Positions 63,755 through 64,000 of a DNA stretch of 64,000 nucleotides are shown in pieces. A program made the position numbers and the translations under genes. The notes under the pieces are model-generated. The model was given only the letters and a program-made list of their open reading frames with translations, did no database searches and had not been told where the DNA came from. Every line of letters begins with the position of its first letter. Position 1 is the first letter of the stretch. Source of the DNA: Octopus sinensis (lineage: Eukaryota); contig NC_043001.1 of the NCBI RefSeq assembly GCF_006345805.1, positions 14,322,001 through 14,386,000 on the forward strand, written 5' to 3'.

Positions 63755-64000
63755 GTTCATCCATTGTTGTCATGGGAGAAGAAACCAGGGTACAGAGTGT
63801 CCAGCAAGGGCCAATCAGTCTGATGCATACTCACAAGGCTCCGTCCCAGGTTGGGCATTTGTGGTCTACTGGAACTGAAGGGGAAGAACTGGCTCTGGAT
63901 TTGTGTAATTCGTATTTTCCCTGTGCCATTGCAATCCTGTCCAGTTCACATGAGGTGACCCCTCTGTTGGTGCAGCTTTGCCAGGCAGGGTGGGCTTGCG
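63755..64000 (-). mobile_element. Degenerate RTE (BovB-like) LINE 3' end, truncated by the window
   Basis: AHPAWQSCTNRGVTSCELDRIAMAQGKYELHKSRASSS...HKCPT...IRLI (CPxC..RIGL.SH-type tail); 3' gacaacaatggatgaac. Confidence 0.7.

Overview
Repeat-dense, AT-rich animal genomic DNA, most likely Octopus (inferred from the tRNA-derived SINE families, RTE/CR1/Dong LINE fragments and microsatellite load). The only host coding sequence I can support is a 174-nt minus-strand exon (113-286) of a RasGRP-type Ras guanine exchange factor (CDC25 domain). The rest looks like one very large intron or upstream region of that gene, with a 100-N gap at 498-597. It is filled with SINEs, 5'-truncated LINEs, Helitron/Helentron, piggyBac, hAT and mariner remnants, and tandem arrays. 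Nearly all listed ORFs are artefacts of simple repeats. The most notable signal is a set of type I hammerhead ribozyme motifs from four distinct Penelope-like repeat families. One family occurs as a composite element with a tRNA-like Pol III head, a (TAA)n spacer that collects Dong-like insertions, and a hammerhead-bearing Penelope-type tail. All calls were made by eye, repeat boundaries are approximate, and not every SINE fragment is listed.
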